From Vicinamibacteria bacterium (GTDB taxonomy: Bacteria > Acidobacteriota > Vicinamibacteria > Vicinamibacterales > JAENWD01): a stretch of DNA of 64,000 nt. The stretch covers positions 2,693,419-2,757,418 of the forward strand of contig CAWCNI010000004.1 in assembly GCA_963796915.1 (NCBI GenBank), in the 5' to 3' direction. The notes under the pieces were generated by a model, which worked only from the letters and a program-made list of their open reading frames with translations, ran no database searches and was not told where the DNA came from. Shown here piece after piece: positions 19,729 to 28,131 of the stretch; position 1 is the first letter of the stretch, and each line of letters begins with the position of its first letter. Made by a program: the position numbers and the translations under genes.

Positions 19729-21761
19729 GTCGCTCGATCCGCGCCGCCGTCGAGGCGTGCCTCCTGGTCATCGCGTTTGCGATCGCCCTGCTCATGGCGC
19801 CCGCGTACGGCCGGGTTGTCGCCGGTCCTGCGCCGATTGCCGCCGCGCTCTTCATCGCCGCCATCTCACTCCTCTACGGCCGGGCGCTGGGACGGCTGTT
19901 GCGCGTCCCGGCAGCGGCATCCCACCGCAACCCGTTCGAGCTGGTCGCCGGATTCACGGGCGTCAGCCTGGTGCATCTGACGGCCACTGCCCTTCTGAAC
20001 CTGACGGCGCTCGCCGCTCTCCCCGTCGACCTCGTGTGTGGCGCAGCGCTGTTGGCCTGGACTGTCGTGCGCCCGCGGCCGGTCGCGACGCCGCCTGCGC
20101 CGCGTGGACGCGCGGCGATCGCGATCGACGTGTGCGTGATTCTCGCGTGCGGTGCGCTGGTTGCGGTCTGGACGCGTGAAACGGCGGCCTCGATTCCCGT
20201 GGCGGAAACCACGGGCATCTTCCACGCGTGGAAGGACTACTTCCTTCACGCGTCAGAGATTACTTATCTGCGGGACTACCCGGCCTTCGGCCGGCACGCG
20301 CAGTATCTCGCCGGCGCGCCGCAGCCGCTCTATCACCGGGCGAGCTACGCGATGTCGGGCGTGTTCTCGCTGGTCTCCGGCGTGCCGTCACTCGAGACGG
20401 CGACGACGTTCTGGATGCCGGCCGGCCTCCTGCTGTGTGCGCTGGCGACGTATGCATACGGGTGCGTTTTGGGCGGCATGCTGGCAGGTCTGGCCGCCGT
20501 CACGGCGGTGTTCCTGTTTCCAGACCCCTCGACCTACGCCCTGAAGAATCAGTTCCTGGGGTTCTCGTGGTTGATGCAGGTATCCGCCGGGTCGGGGTAC
20601 ACCGTCGCCCTGACGTTGCTGGCGCTGATCGTCCTGACGACCGCCGGCAAGTGGCCCGACCGGCGCGGGTTTGCTGTCGCGGCTGCGTTGGTCGGCGCCG
20701 CGGCGGCGTTCAGGGTGCACATCGCGGCTGTGGCCGGCGGCATGCTGGTGCTGCTGGTCTGCTTCACCTGGCGGCCAGCGCTGACGCGCCGGCGGCTCGC
20801 GATCGGGTTCGCCGCGCTCGTGGCGATTGCGGGAGCCGTGGTGTTGATGGAGTCAGTGGCGCTGGCTCCGCACTTCCTGACGGGACAGTCGCATCCGCTG
20901 CTGTTTCTCCAGCTGGTCCACGGGCTGGCCGAGGTGCCGACGACCTATGCGGCGTGGACCAACGGCCGCAGCAGCGCGGTGACGTTCGTCATCGGCTACG
21001 CGATGCTGCTGGTTTCAGCGTGCGGGATCATGATTCCGGCGCTGGTCTTCGTATGGCTTGGTGACCTGCTCGGCCCAACGGGGCGCCGGGTGCTGCTGTT
21101 CCCGATCGCGCTGGTCCTGACCCACATCGCCATCATCCTGCTGGTTCCGACAGCCGCGTACGGGGATGTGAGCGACTTCGGCCATCGTCCCTTCGTGCTG
21201 ATCTACGCCGTGGCCGCCGCGACGGTGGGCGCTGCTGGCGGACGGCTGTTGTCCGGGTTGTCGAACCAGGGCTTCGGACGCGAGTCGCCGGCATGGGTGG
21301 CGCTGGCAGGAATGATGATCGCGGGTTCTCTCGTGCCTTTGACAATGGGCGCCCAGCTGCAACAGCGATGGGGACCGCACCTCGCGCAGGTCCCTGTCCG
21401 GGACGGGGACTTCGAGGCGGGTCGATTTGTCCGCCGCAATTCGACGCCAGGCGAATACGTGCTCGCGGCGGACAACGACCCGCTGGGCCTGTTCGTCGGT
21501 CTGACCGAGCGCACTGCGTGGCTCTCACGTCGCGAGCTGTACCGACGCCTCGGCGGCGCCACGGGCGCGTTGGCGGCTGCGCGAGGTGCGGAGCATGACG
21601 CGCTCGCGCCGCTGACGTTCGAACAACTCCAGGCCTTTGGCCGGTCTCGGGGCCTGCGCTGGTATGTGGCGAACACGCCGGCGTCGCAGCTGTGGCCGGC
21701 GGCGGTCACGAGTCGCTGCGCGTACTGCGGTCGCGGGATTCAGGTCTACGACCTGCGCTGA
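19725..21761 (+). CDS. polytopic membrane protein (~14 TM) with a soluble C-terminal domain; possible GT-C-type glycosyltransferase or polymerase
   Basis: 678 aa from the ATG at 19725 (ATGA overlap with the aminotransferase stop). Long run of hydrophobic helices, then a ~170-aa hydrophilic tail. The GT-C assignment is inferred from context only. Confidence 0.6.
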   Translation: MSRSIRAAVEACLLVIAFAIALLMAPAYGRVVAGPAPIAAALFIAAISLLYGRALGRLLRVPAAASHRNPFELVAGFTGVSLVHLTATALLNLTALAALPVDLVCGAALLAWTVVRPRPVATPPAPRGRAAIAIDVCVILACGALVAVWTRETAASIPVAETTGIFHAWKDYFLHASEITYLRDYPAFGRHAQYLAGAPQPLYHRASYAMSGVFSLVSGVPSLETATTFWMPAGLLLCALATYAYGCVLGGMLAGLAAVTAVFLFPDPSTYALKNQFLGFSWLMQVSAGSGYTVALTLLALIVLTTAGKWPDRRGFAVAAALVGAAAAFRVHIAAVAGGMLVLLVCFTWRPALTRRRLAIGFAALVAIAGAVVLMESVALAPHFLTGQSHPLLFLQLVHGLAEVPTTYAAWTNGRSSAVTFVIGYAMLLVSACGIMIPALVFVWLGDLLGPTGRRVLLFPIALVLTHIAIILLVPTAAYGDVSDFGHRPFVLIYAVAAATVGAAGGRLLSGLSNQGFGRESPAWVALAGMMIAGSLVPLTMGAQLQQRWGPHLAQVPVRDGDFEAGRFVRRNSTPGEYVLAADNDPLGLFVGLTERTAWLSRRELYRRLGGATGALAAARGAEHDALAPLTFEQLQAFGRSRGLRWYVANTPASQLWPAAVTSRCAYCGRGIQVYDLR

Positions 21762-22389
21762 GTGAGCCGGTCGCAATCGTCCCTTCCATCATCCAATGCG
21801 TATACGGAATCCAGGCCCGATGCCGCAGCACCCCGCGGACGGCGCTGAACGTGGGACGGACAAGCGACAGGTAGCCCTCCGGGTCACGAACATTCAGGCC
21901 GCGATCGCGCTCGATGAGGAACCGGGCCACCGGGTTCTGATTCGGCACCAGCACCGGATCGATTGACACGAAGCGGCCGCCGTCGCGGAGCGCGAGGCCG
22001 ATAGTTTGCATCAGGCCCTCGACAGTGTCGTCGTCAAGGTGGTGCAGGACGGCGCTGGCGACGACGATGTCGAAGGGCGGGAGGGCGAGCACCTGCGGAC
22101 CGTCGACAATGCCGCAGACGAATTGTGCTCGCGTGCCAAACCGTCGTTGCGCCGCGGCGATGTAAGGCGCGCTGACGTCGTATCCGAGGTAGTCCACACC
22201 CTGCGGGAGGTACGCCAGGACATCACCAGTGCCGCAGCCGATGTCCAGCACTCGTGCGCCGGCAGACGCCCTGATCATGTGATTGGCGAAATCGGCACGC
22301 CCGACCGGCCCGCCCATCAGCCATTGGCACAGGTCGTAGACCCGCGGGCGTGACAGCGCCGCCCTGATTCCCGTTGTCGTCTGGCTCAT
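21706..22389 (-). CDS. class I SAM-dependent methyltransferase
   Basis: VLDIGCGTGDVLAYL (motif I) and FDIVVASAVLHHLDD. ATG at 22389-22387 overlaps the upstream stop (ATGA). The 3' end overlaps the convergent membrane-protein gene by 56 nt, so the true stop may be earlier. Confidence 0.75.
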   Translation of the reverse strand: MSQTTTGIRAALSRPRVYDLCQWLMGGPVGRADFANHMIRASAGARVLDIGCGTGDVLAYLPQGVDYLGYDVSAPYIAAAQRRFGTRAQFVCGIVDGPQVLALPPFDIVVASAVLHHLDDDTVEGLMQTIGLALRDGGRFVSIDPVLVPNQNPVARFLIERDRGLNVRDPEGYLSLVRPTFSAVRGVLRHRAWIPYTHWMMEGTIATGSLSAGRRPESRDRSTRSDS

Positions 22390-23264
22390 ATCAGCGACGC
22401 GCGGGGCTTGGTGACCCGGCACGACATCGCGGGTTGGGCGCCCGCCGGCAACAGTGCCAGCAACCGCGTGACGCCGATGGCGTCGAGAGAAGCAGCGAGC
22501 ACGGAGAACACCCCTGGGTGGCGCCGCTGAAAACTGGAATCGCCAATGGCCCGACGCACGTAGCGATAGGAGACTGTGCGATCGAATTCCGGCTCGAGAC
22601 CGAGATGGCGGCACGTGCGACGGACGGAGGCTGTCGAAATCCAGTTGAGCGATTCCCAGGTGCCGGCAGGATCGATGACTGTGCGCGACGCGAGAACACG
22701 GCGCCGAAAGACTCGGCCGGTGAGCCGCTTCGAGAACAGCGTGGGTATGTCGAAGTGCGGCTCATAAGGGAACCGGTAGTTCGGGCAGACGAAGTGATAG
22801 GTCGCCCCCGGCCGCAAGGCGCTCAATACCCGATCGAGCACGAGCGGGACATCCGCCACGTGCTCCATGACATTCATCGAGAACGCAAAGTCGAACTCGG
22901 CATCGGCGACGAGTTGTTCGGCCTTGATCGGCCGCAACTCGGGACGACAGCCCCGGCCGGCCGCGTAGTCCCAGACAATCTCGCGTAGGCGGTCGATGTG
23001 CGAAAAGCCGATTCCGACAGGTTCGACCGCCGAGACTCGATAGCCGGCTGACTGGAGCGCGCAACTGAGCAGCAGCATGCCGGCGCCGACTTCGAGGACG
23101 CGCGAACCCGCAGGTAGCTGGCGGATCTCGGCGTCCAGGACTGAAGCCCCGAAGCGCGCCTCGCCGATATAGTCGGTCAACGCGTCGCCAAGGTTTGGCG
23201 CCATGGCCCTGGCATGACGCTCGACGTCCTCGAGCCAGAGCTCCGTTGCCTGCAGGATGCTCAC
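22386..23264 (-). CDS. class I SAM-dependent methyltransferase
   Basis: VLEVGAGMLLLSCALQSAGYRVSAVEP (motif I) and FDFAFSMNVMEHVAD. Start taken at the GTG 23264-23262, overlapping the upstream TGA. An internal ATG (MAPNLG) is an alternative start. Confidence 0.7.
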   Translation of the reverse strand: MSILQATELWLEDVERHARAMAPNLGDALTDYIGEARFGASVLDAEIRQLPAGSRVLEVGAGMLLLSCALQSAGYRVSAVEPVGIGFSHIDRLREIVWDYAAGRGCRPELRPIKAEQLVADAEFDFAFSMNVMEHVADVPLVLDRVLSALRPGATYHFVCPNYRFPYEPHFDIPTLFSKRLTGRVFRRRVLASRTVIDPAGTWESLNWISTASVRRTCRHLGLEPEFDRTVSYRYVRRAIGDSSFQRRHPGVFSVLAASLDAIGVTRLLALLPAGAQPAMSCRVTKPRASLI

Positions 23265-25327
23265 TCGACTCGCCACAGCGACATGCCCGGCCAGTGTTCG
23301 ACCGGCGAGAGGCCAGCTCGATCGGCCGGCACTGTCGCGCCGAGCCACAGCAGGTACAAACCGCGTGACGGCCCAACATCCGTGCGGATCGTAGCGCGGG
23401 CGGCGGCGTCCTGGAGGGTGTCACGAATCAGCCAGAGCCGCGAGGCCACGCGAGAGTCCACGTTGGTTCGGGCCCTATAGATCGGGAGGATTCTGCGGGA
23501 CGCGTAAAGCTGGAGACCAGGGACGGCGGCGGGTAAGACACGGTCGTCGAGGATCGCGACGTTCCCGCCGGTCACGACCACATCACCGGGAACCACGTGC
23601 CGTTCAAGGGCCTGCACCAACTCCGCGAAACCCGGAACAGTCTGGAACACGGGCGTTGGAGTCGGAAATTGCGTCACCGATAACTTCGGCGCGAAGCCCG
23701 AGGAAAAATCCCAGAGTTGCACGGCGAAAAGCAGCGTGCTCGCCAGGAGTGCGCCGGCCGCGAGCACGGGCTGTGTCAGTCGCCGCTGCCAGAGTGCGCG
23801 CAGTCCAGCGGCGCCGAGCAGCGCGAAGCCGATGTCGGCGTACCAGTAGAAGGCCCAGATCTCCTGTGGCACGACTGCCTCGACGAGCACCAGCAGGCTA
23901 ATCCCGGCCAGCGCTACACCACCGAGCAACACCCGGAGATTGCGTTCGACGCCGGTGTCGGGAGCGAAGAGGGCAAAGACGACGCCGGGGAGCAAGAACG
24001 TCATTCGCCCGAGGATGGCCACCAGAAGGTAGGCAGCCGCAGTCAACGGCGTCGGGAGGCCAGCCGCGAGCAGGATTCGGACCAGCGGAGAATACTTCAC
24101 TTGTGTTTCGGAGACGGTAACGTTGAGTGGGCTGACAAAGAGCAGCGACGTGCCATTCGAGCCGCCGTCTCCCATCCCCAGGAAGAACACTGCGCCGGCG
24201 GCGATAGCGAGTATCGCAGCGGCGAGGAGGCCCGCGTACGCCACCCGCCGGTGAACGTTCCGCACGTGGGCAAGAAGCATCAGCCCCAGGCCGCCGCACA
24301 GCATCGGCAAGAGATTGGCGCGTGTGCCGCTGGCGACGAGCATGAGAAACACGATAAGAGCATAGGGGCGCTGGCTCCCCTGCTCCGGCTGGCCCAGAAT
24401 CTCGTCGCAAAGGACGAGGAAGATCTCGAAGGCGACGGCGGTGGAAGCAAGCTGAAAGATGATCAGCGCCGTTGCCATGTGAAAAAACGGCCACATCACC
24501 GCCGAGAACCCAAACGTCAACATGAGCTGTACGGCTACAGGTGTGCCGAGCCATACGGCGCGGAACCGCGACTGGCAGAACGCGTGCAGCATCAGCACGA
24601 ACAGAAAACCCTGAAAGATGACGGCTAGTCGTGAGGCAACGAGTATGAGCGGAATGCCGAAGGTCCGCGCGGCCGTACCGACGTGGATGTTGAACAGGTA
24701 GTGATAGTGGAGCGGCACATCCATCAGAAACGGCTCACGGATCGGCCACTGCGTCACTGCGACGTTGCTGAAGGCCGCGACCCAGGTGAAGTGCTGGTCG
24801 ATACGCTCGTCGAAGCCGAATAGCGAAGCGGCGAACACGAGGAACCACGCGACGAGGACGCCGATCAGCAGCGGAAGGATCTTCGGACTGCCATCGCCAG
24901 CGTGGATGTCTTGCAGGATGCGGCGCCGCCAGAAGACCAGTTCGGCCAGATAGACAAGCGGCAGGAAGCGATAGAGCGCATGAGCACCGGTCATGCTCGC
25001 CAGCAGGCCGGCCGACATCTCGACGCACTGTCCGACGACCGTCGCCTTCGCGGCGAAGACGAGGGCCGCTTGTGCCGAACGCGAGGCCAGTCCGAAGTGG
25101 ACGACGCCGGGCAGGATGATGAACAGCGCGACGTAAGCGGCATACGCCAGCGCCGCGCGGAGCGGCACGCCGAAAAGTACAGCCATCCCGGTGGTCAGGA
25201 GCAGCAGGCCAAACCAGATGACCGCGCACTGCACAATTCCGCGTGCAGAACCAGATGTCACAGCGCTCAACGCAGCCACCTTCGGTCGTGGCGCGAGCTC
25301 GCTGCAGCAGTGTGAGTCATGGCGCAA
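23261..25327 (-). CDS. polytopic membrane protein (~14 TM) with a soluble C-terminal domain; second copy of the architecture seen at 19725..21761
   Basis: 688-aa ORF, hydrophobic for ~520 aa and then hydrophilic. No motif I can name. Confidence 0.6.
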   Translation of the reverse strand: MRHDSHCCSELAPRPKVAALSAVTSGSARGIVQCAVIWFGLLLLTTGMAVLFGVPLRAALAYAAYVALFIILPGVVHFGLASRSAQAALVFAAKATVVGQCVEMSAGLLASMTGAHALYRFLPLVYLAELVFWRRRILQDIHAGDGSPKILPLLIGVLVAWFLVFAASLFGFDERIDQHFTWVAAFSNVAVTQWPIREPFLMDVPLHYHYLFNIHVGTAARTFGIPLILVASRLAVIFQGFLFVLMLHAFCQSRFRAVWLGTPVAVQLMLTFGFSAVMWPFFHMATALIIFQLASTAVAFEIFLVLCDEILGQPEQGSQRPYALIVFLMLVASGTRANLLPMLCGGLGLMLLAHVRNVHRRVAYAGLLAAAILAIAAGAVFFLGMGDGGSNGTSLLFVSPLNVTVSETQVKYSPLVRILLAAGLPTPLTAAAYLLVAILGRMTFLLPGVVFALFAPDTGVERNLRVLLGGVALAGISLLVLVEAVVPQEIWAFYWYADIGFALLGAAGLRALWQRRLTQPVLAAGALLASTLLFAVQLWDFSSGFAPKLSVTQFPTPTPVFQTVPGFAELVQALERHVVPGDVVVTGGNVAILDDRVLPAAVPGLQLYASRRILPIYRARTNVDSRVASRLWLIRDTLQDAAARATIRTDVGPSRGLYLLWLGATVPADRAGLSPVEHWPGMSLWRVE

Positions 25328-25483
25328 TCATATGAGAGGCAGACGGGCTCTCACATACGCCAGTGGCACAAGTCCGCCCAACCCCTCAGACGTGACAACC
25401 GCTTTGCTTCCCGTTGTCGTCCAGTCGTGGCGACGACAGCCGGGACCCAGGCCCAGCCTGAGGGGTTCGAATGGACGACGGCG

Positions 25484-27157
25484 TTACTGCGCCGAGGGCT
25501 TCGGGCTGATAGCGCGAAGTCTCGCCTTCACTGCCTCCGCTTTCGTCGTGGCGCGGCCTTTGGCCTTTGCCGGGGTGTCGCCAAGGGTCGAGAGGCCCTT
25601 TTCGACTGGCTGTCCGAAATCTTCGGGGTGCAGGTAGGTCCCGACTGCGGCGGGCGACTTCGGCTCCTCGACCTGGATCCGGTGCGCGCTCGCGTAGGCG
25701 TCATGGCGAATGCCGGTCACCTGCCAGGACACCTTCCGGCCAGCGATCCCGCCAGCGATCTTGAACTGGTTGCCGGCGATCTCCTCGGCGATGTACGGCA
25801 CGAAGGCGGCACCCATCGGCGTCAGTTGATAGCGGAAGTCCTGATTGAGCGCTTCGAACCAGTCCGGCAGCGTGATCGTCACCTCGCCGGCCGCGTCGAA
25901 GACCGCGACTCCGTCGTAGATGTTCTTCATGTCCGGCGACTCGACGAAGGAGTGGTTCAGGTACTTGTGCTCCGGGTCGAGCGGATGGTCGATGCGGAAG
26001 GCGCCGGCGCCCTTGAAGAGGGTGCCGGTGATGTCCACGTCGCCGTCGAAGAGTCCGGCCACGCCCACGTTGGTATCGGTGACGCTGCCGACGACGGCAG
26101 TGCCGGTGTTCGAGGAAGCAAAGACGCCAAACCCGGCGTCGGCCGTCGTGTTTATGGCAGCGCTGGTTGCATCTGTGCTGGTGTTGGTGACGGACAAGCT
26201 GGTAAACACGGCCCCGGCAACGACGCGGGCCGGCCCGGTAATCGTGGTGCCAAGAGCCGTATCAATCTTCAGCCGCGATGCGCTCGCGAGCATGAAGTTG
26301 ATCGACCCACCGGCGGCGATGTTGTTGATTCGGTACTCGTGCGTGCTGTTGTTGAAGCCCTGGAACTGGCCGAGCGCCCCGGCCTGGTCGTAGAAGAGCA
26401 TGCCCGAGTACGACGTCGCGGTATTGGACAGGTTTTGGACCGCCACGCCGGTAAAGCCGCCAATTGGATCGGTGAATCGCACGTGAAGAAAGTCAGACGG
26501 CGTCGTCGTGCCAATCCCCACCTTCCCACCAGTCTCGAACACCGCGGAATTCCCCACGTTGGCGCTGCTCACGTACTTGGCAAGGAAATTCACGGTGCCC
26601 GGTGTCACGTCGGCCGCGACCGGCGGAGGTAGTGACGAATCGCCAACGGTCGCGACGGCGGTCAGGCGTGCCACTTCGCCTTTGGTGGCCAGCTGATAGG
26701 CCGACGCCGGACGGCCGCCGAGCGTGTCTGCGTCCTGCGCTTTCAGCGCATAGGGCACACTGGCAATCTGCACGCGCGGCCGTTCGACGCCGCCGGCCCG
26801 CGCAAAGTCCAGGCTCAGCCACCGTGCCTCGCCGGAGGCAAAGACCTCGAGCGGCAGTCCGTCCGGCAGTGAAGCGCCCAGCAGGACGGTGTAGCGGCCG
26901 CCTGTGTCGACAGGAACAGTCTGGACCTCGCGCCACAGGGGCACGCCGCCCTCCTGTTCCGCGTAGATCGACAGCGTGACGACCTCCCTCGAAGCGGGTG
27001 GCTGGCCGTCAGCCGGCTGGAAGACGCCGCTGAACTTGATCAGCCGCGGCACCGAGGCGGCGGGCTGCGACCCAGTGAGCTGGGCGGACTGGGCCTGAAT
27101 GCTCGCAATGGACGTCAGCACGATGAGGCTCGCGAGCGCAGACGTGAATACGCGCAT
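25484..27157 (-). CDS. secreted tail-fibre-like / adhesin-like protein with a conserved C-terminal domain
   Basis: Start at the ATG 27157-27155 (GGAG 9 nt upstream). Signal peptide MRVFTSALASLIVLTSIASIQA. N-terminal module ...VTLSIYAEQEGGVPLWREVQTVPVDTGGRYTVLLGA...VPYALKA. C-terminal FRIDHPLDPEHKYLNHSFVESPDMKNIYDG...DFRYQLTPMG...KVSWQVTGIRHD, a motif I recall from proteins annotated as tail-fibre-domain or hypothetical. Confidence 0.7.
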   Translation of the reverse strand: MRVFTSALASLIVLTSIASIQAQSAQLTGSQPAASVPRLIKFSGVFQPADGQPPASREVVTLSIYAEQEGGVPLWREVQTVPVDTGGRYTVLLGASLPDGLPLEVFASGEARWLSLDFARAGGVERPRVQIASVPYALKAQDADTLGGRPASAYQLATKGEVARLTAVATVGDSSLPPPVAADVTPGTVNFLAKYVSSANVGNSAVFETGGKVGIGTTTPSDFLHVRFTDPIGGFTGVAVQNLSNTATSYSGMLFYDQAGALGQFQGFNNSTHEYRINNIAAGGSINFMLASASRLKIDTALGTTITGPARVVAGAVFTSLSVTNTSTDATSAAINTTADAGFGVFASSNTGTAVVGSVTDTNVGVAGLFDGDVDITGTLFKGAGAFRIDHPLDPEHKYLNHSFVESPDMKNIYDGVAVFDAAGEVTITLPDWFEALNQDFRYQLTPMGAAFVPYIAEEIAGNQFKIAGGIAGRKVSWQVTGIRHDAYASAHRIQVEEPKSPAAVGTYLHPEDFGQPVEKGLSTLGDTPAKAKGRATTKAEAVKARLRAISPKPSAQ

Positions 27158-27357
27158 CTGAGAACTCCTTCTGCCCGTAGGCCGCCCGTAGGGCTGCTCC
27201 GTCCGGCAGACGGCCCGGCTGGACCCCTCCTGCGAGCGAAAACCGACACCCAACTTCGCCACCACCGTGCAGGACTTCAGGACCCGCATTTCGCTCCCTC
27301 ACTGGACGGGGACTTCCCCGTACGGGCTCGGAGGACAGTCCCCGACGCCAAGGTTCA

Positions 27358-27409
27358 GCTTGCATGCAAGCGCGATACCTGCGAACGCCCAGATGAGGCT
27401 TCGCGAAGC
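27358..27409. promoter_or_regulatory. two perfect palindromes in the 392-bp region upstream of the fibre-like gene (candidate operator sites)
   Basis: GCTTGCATGCAAGC (27358-27371, 14-bp perfect palindrome) and GCTTCGCGAAGC (27398-27409, 12-bp perfect palindrome). They share GCTT...AAGC ends and lie 200-250 nt upstream of the start at 27157. Confidence 0.35.
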
Positions 27410-27549
27410 GGTCCCGGGAGAAGGGGCGTTTGTCTCGATTTTTCGTGCATCGCCGCCGCGAAGCGAGTCACGGACGGGACAAAAGTCGACCGGTAGAGTG
27501 TAAAAAATACGTCAGTGAACAGACGCCGACCGGGGGCAGGTCCGGCGCT

Positions 27550-28131
27550 CTAGAGGGCGAGATGAGAGGTCGCCAGTGACAGGATCTCGGCGGCAATCGC
27601 GTCCTTGCCGCGCTCGCCGTCGATCAGCGTCCAGCCGGGCGCCGCAGCCTGACGCCGGTAACTGCGGCGCGCACGCGAGAGCAGCTCGAGGTCCCGCTCG
27701 TAGCGGTCGCGGTCCCGCTGCTTGCGCTGCACCGCTGTTTCCGGCGCGATGTCCAGCACGAAGGTGAGGTCGGGTTGCGGCAGGTGGCGCTGCGCCGCGA
27801 GCAGCCACTCGGCCTCGAGCCCCTGCGATTCGCCATACGCGACGCTGGACGCCAGGTAGCGGTCGCACACGACGACGGCGCCATCTCGCAGCCAGTCGAC
27901 GATGCGCGGCTTCCATTCGTAGCGGTTGGCGATGTAGAGCAGCTGCATCACGTCGGGAGGAAACTCGCGGCGGCCGGCCAGCGCCTCGCCGATCTCGCGG
28001 CCGATGGGCGTCTCGTAGTCCGGGAACGACAGCGTCTCGACGCGCGCGCCGCGGCCGCGCAGCGCCTCGGCCAGCATCCGGGCCTGCGTTTCCTTGCCGC
28101 TCTGATCGAGTCCTTCAAAGGCGACGAGCAT
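27550..28131 (-). CDS. tmk: thymidylate kinase
   Basis: MLVAFEGLDQSGKETQARMLAEAL (P-loop) and ...VVCDRYLASSVAYG.... Confidence 0.9.
   Translation of the reverse strand: MLVAFEGLDQSGKETQARMLAEALRGRGARVETLSFPDYETPIGREIGEALAGRREFPPDVMQLLYIANRYEWKPRIVDWLRDGAVVVCDRYLASSVAYGESQGLEAEWLLAAQRHLPQPDLTFVLDIAPETAVQRKQRDRDRYERDLELLSRARRSYRRQAAAPGWTLIDGERGKDAIAAEILSLATSHLAL

Noticed and set aside
21706-21761. 56-nt convergent overlap between the membrane-protein gene and the methyltransferase gene as a functional antisense arrangement
   Set aside because: It is more likely a mis-set stop. The methyltransferase has a ~25-aa non-conserved-looking tail after ...YTHWMMEGT, and given the indel rate of this sequence an undetected frameshift is plausible.
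25364-25378. Perfect TGGCAC hexamer (sigma-54 -24 element), and a TGGTCC-N..-GC site at about 56951-56965
   Set aside because: At 25364 the -12 position reads CGCC rather than TTGC, and the element points into the antisense strand of the fibre gene. At 56951 the GG-GC spacing is 9 nt instead of 10.
25455-25480. tRNA-like T-loop sequence GGGGTTCGAATGG
   Set aside because: GGTTCGAAT matches the T-loop consensus, but the flanks cannot form a T-stem (GGGG...GGAC). No acceptor, D or anticodon arms can be drawn. I found no convincing tRNA anywhere in the window.
25484-27157. Tail-fibre-like gene as evidence of a prophage
   Set aside because: The neighbours are glycan-modification genes on one side and tmk/lysA on the other. 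No capsid, terminase, baseplate, lysis or integrase genes occur within the window.
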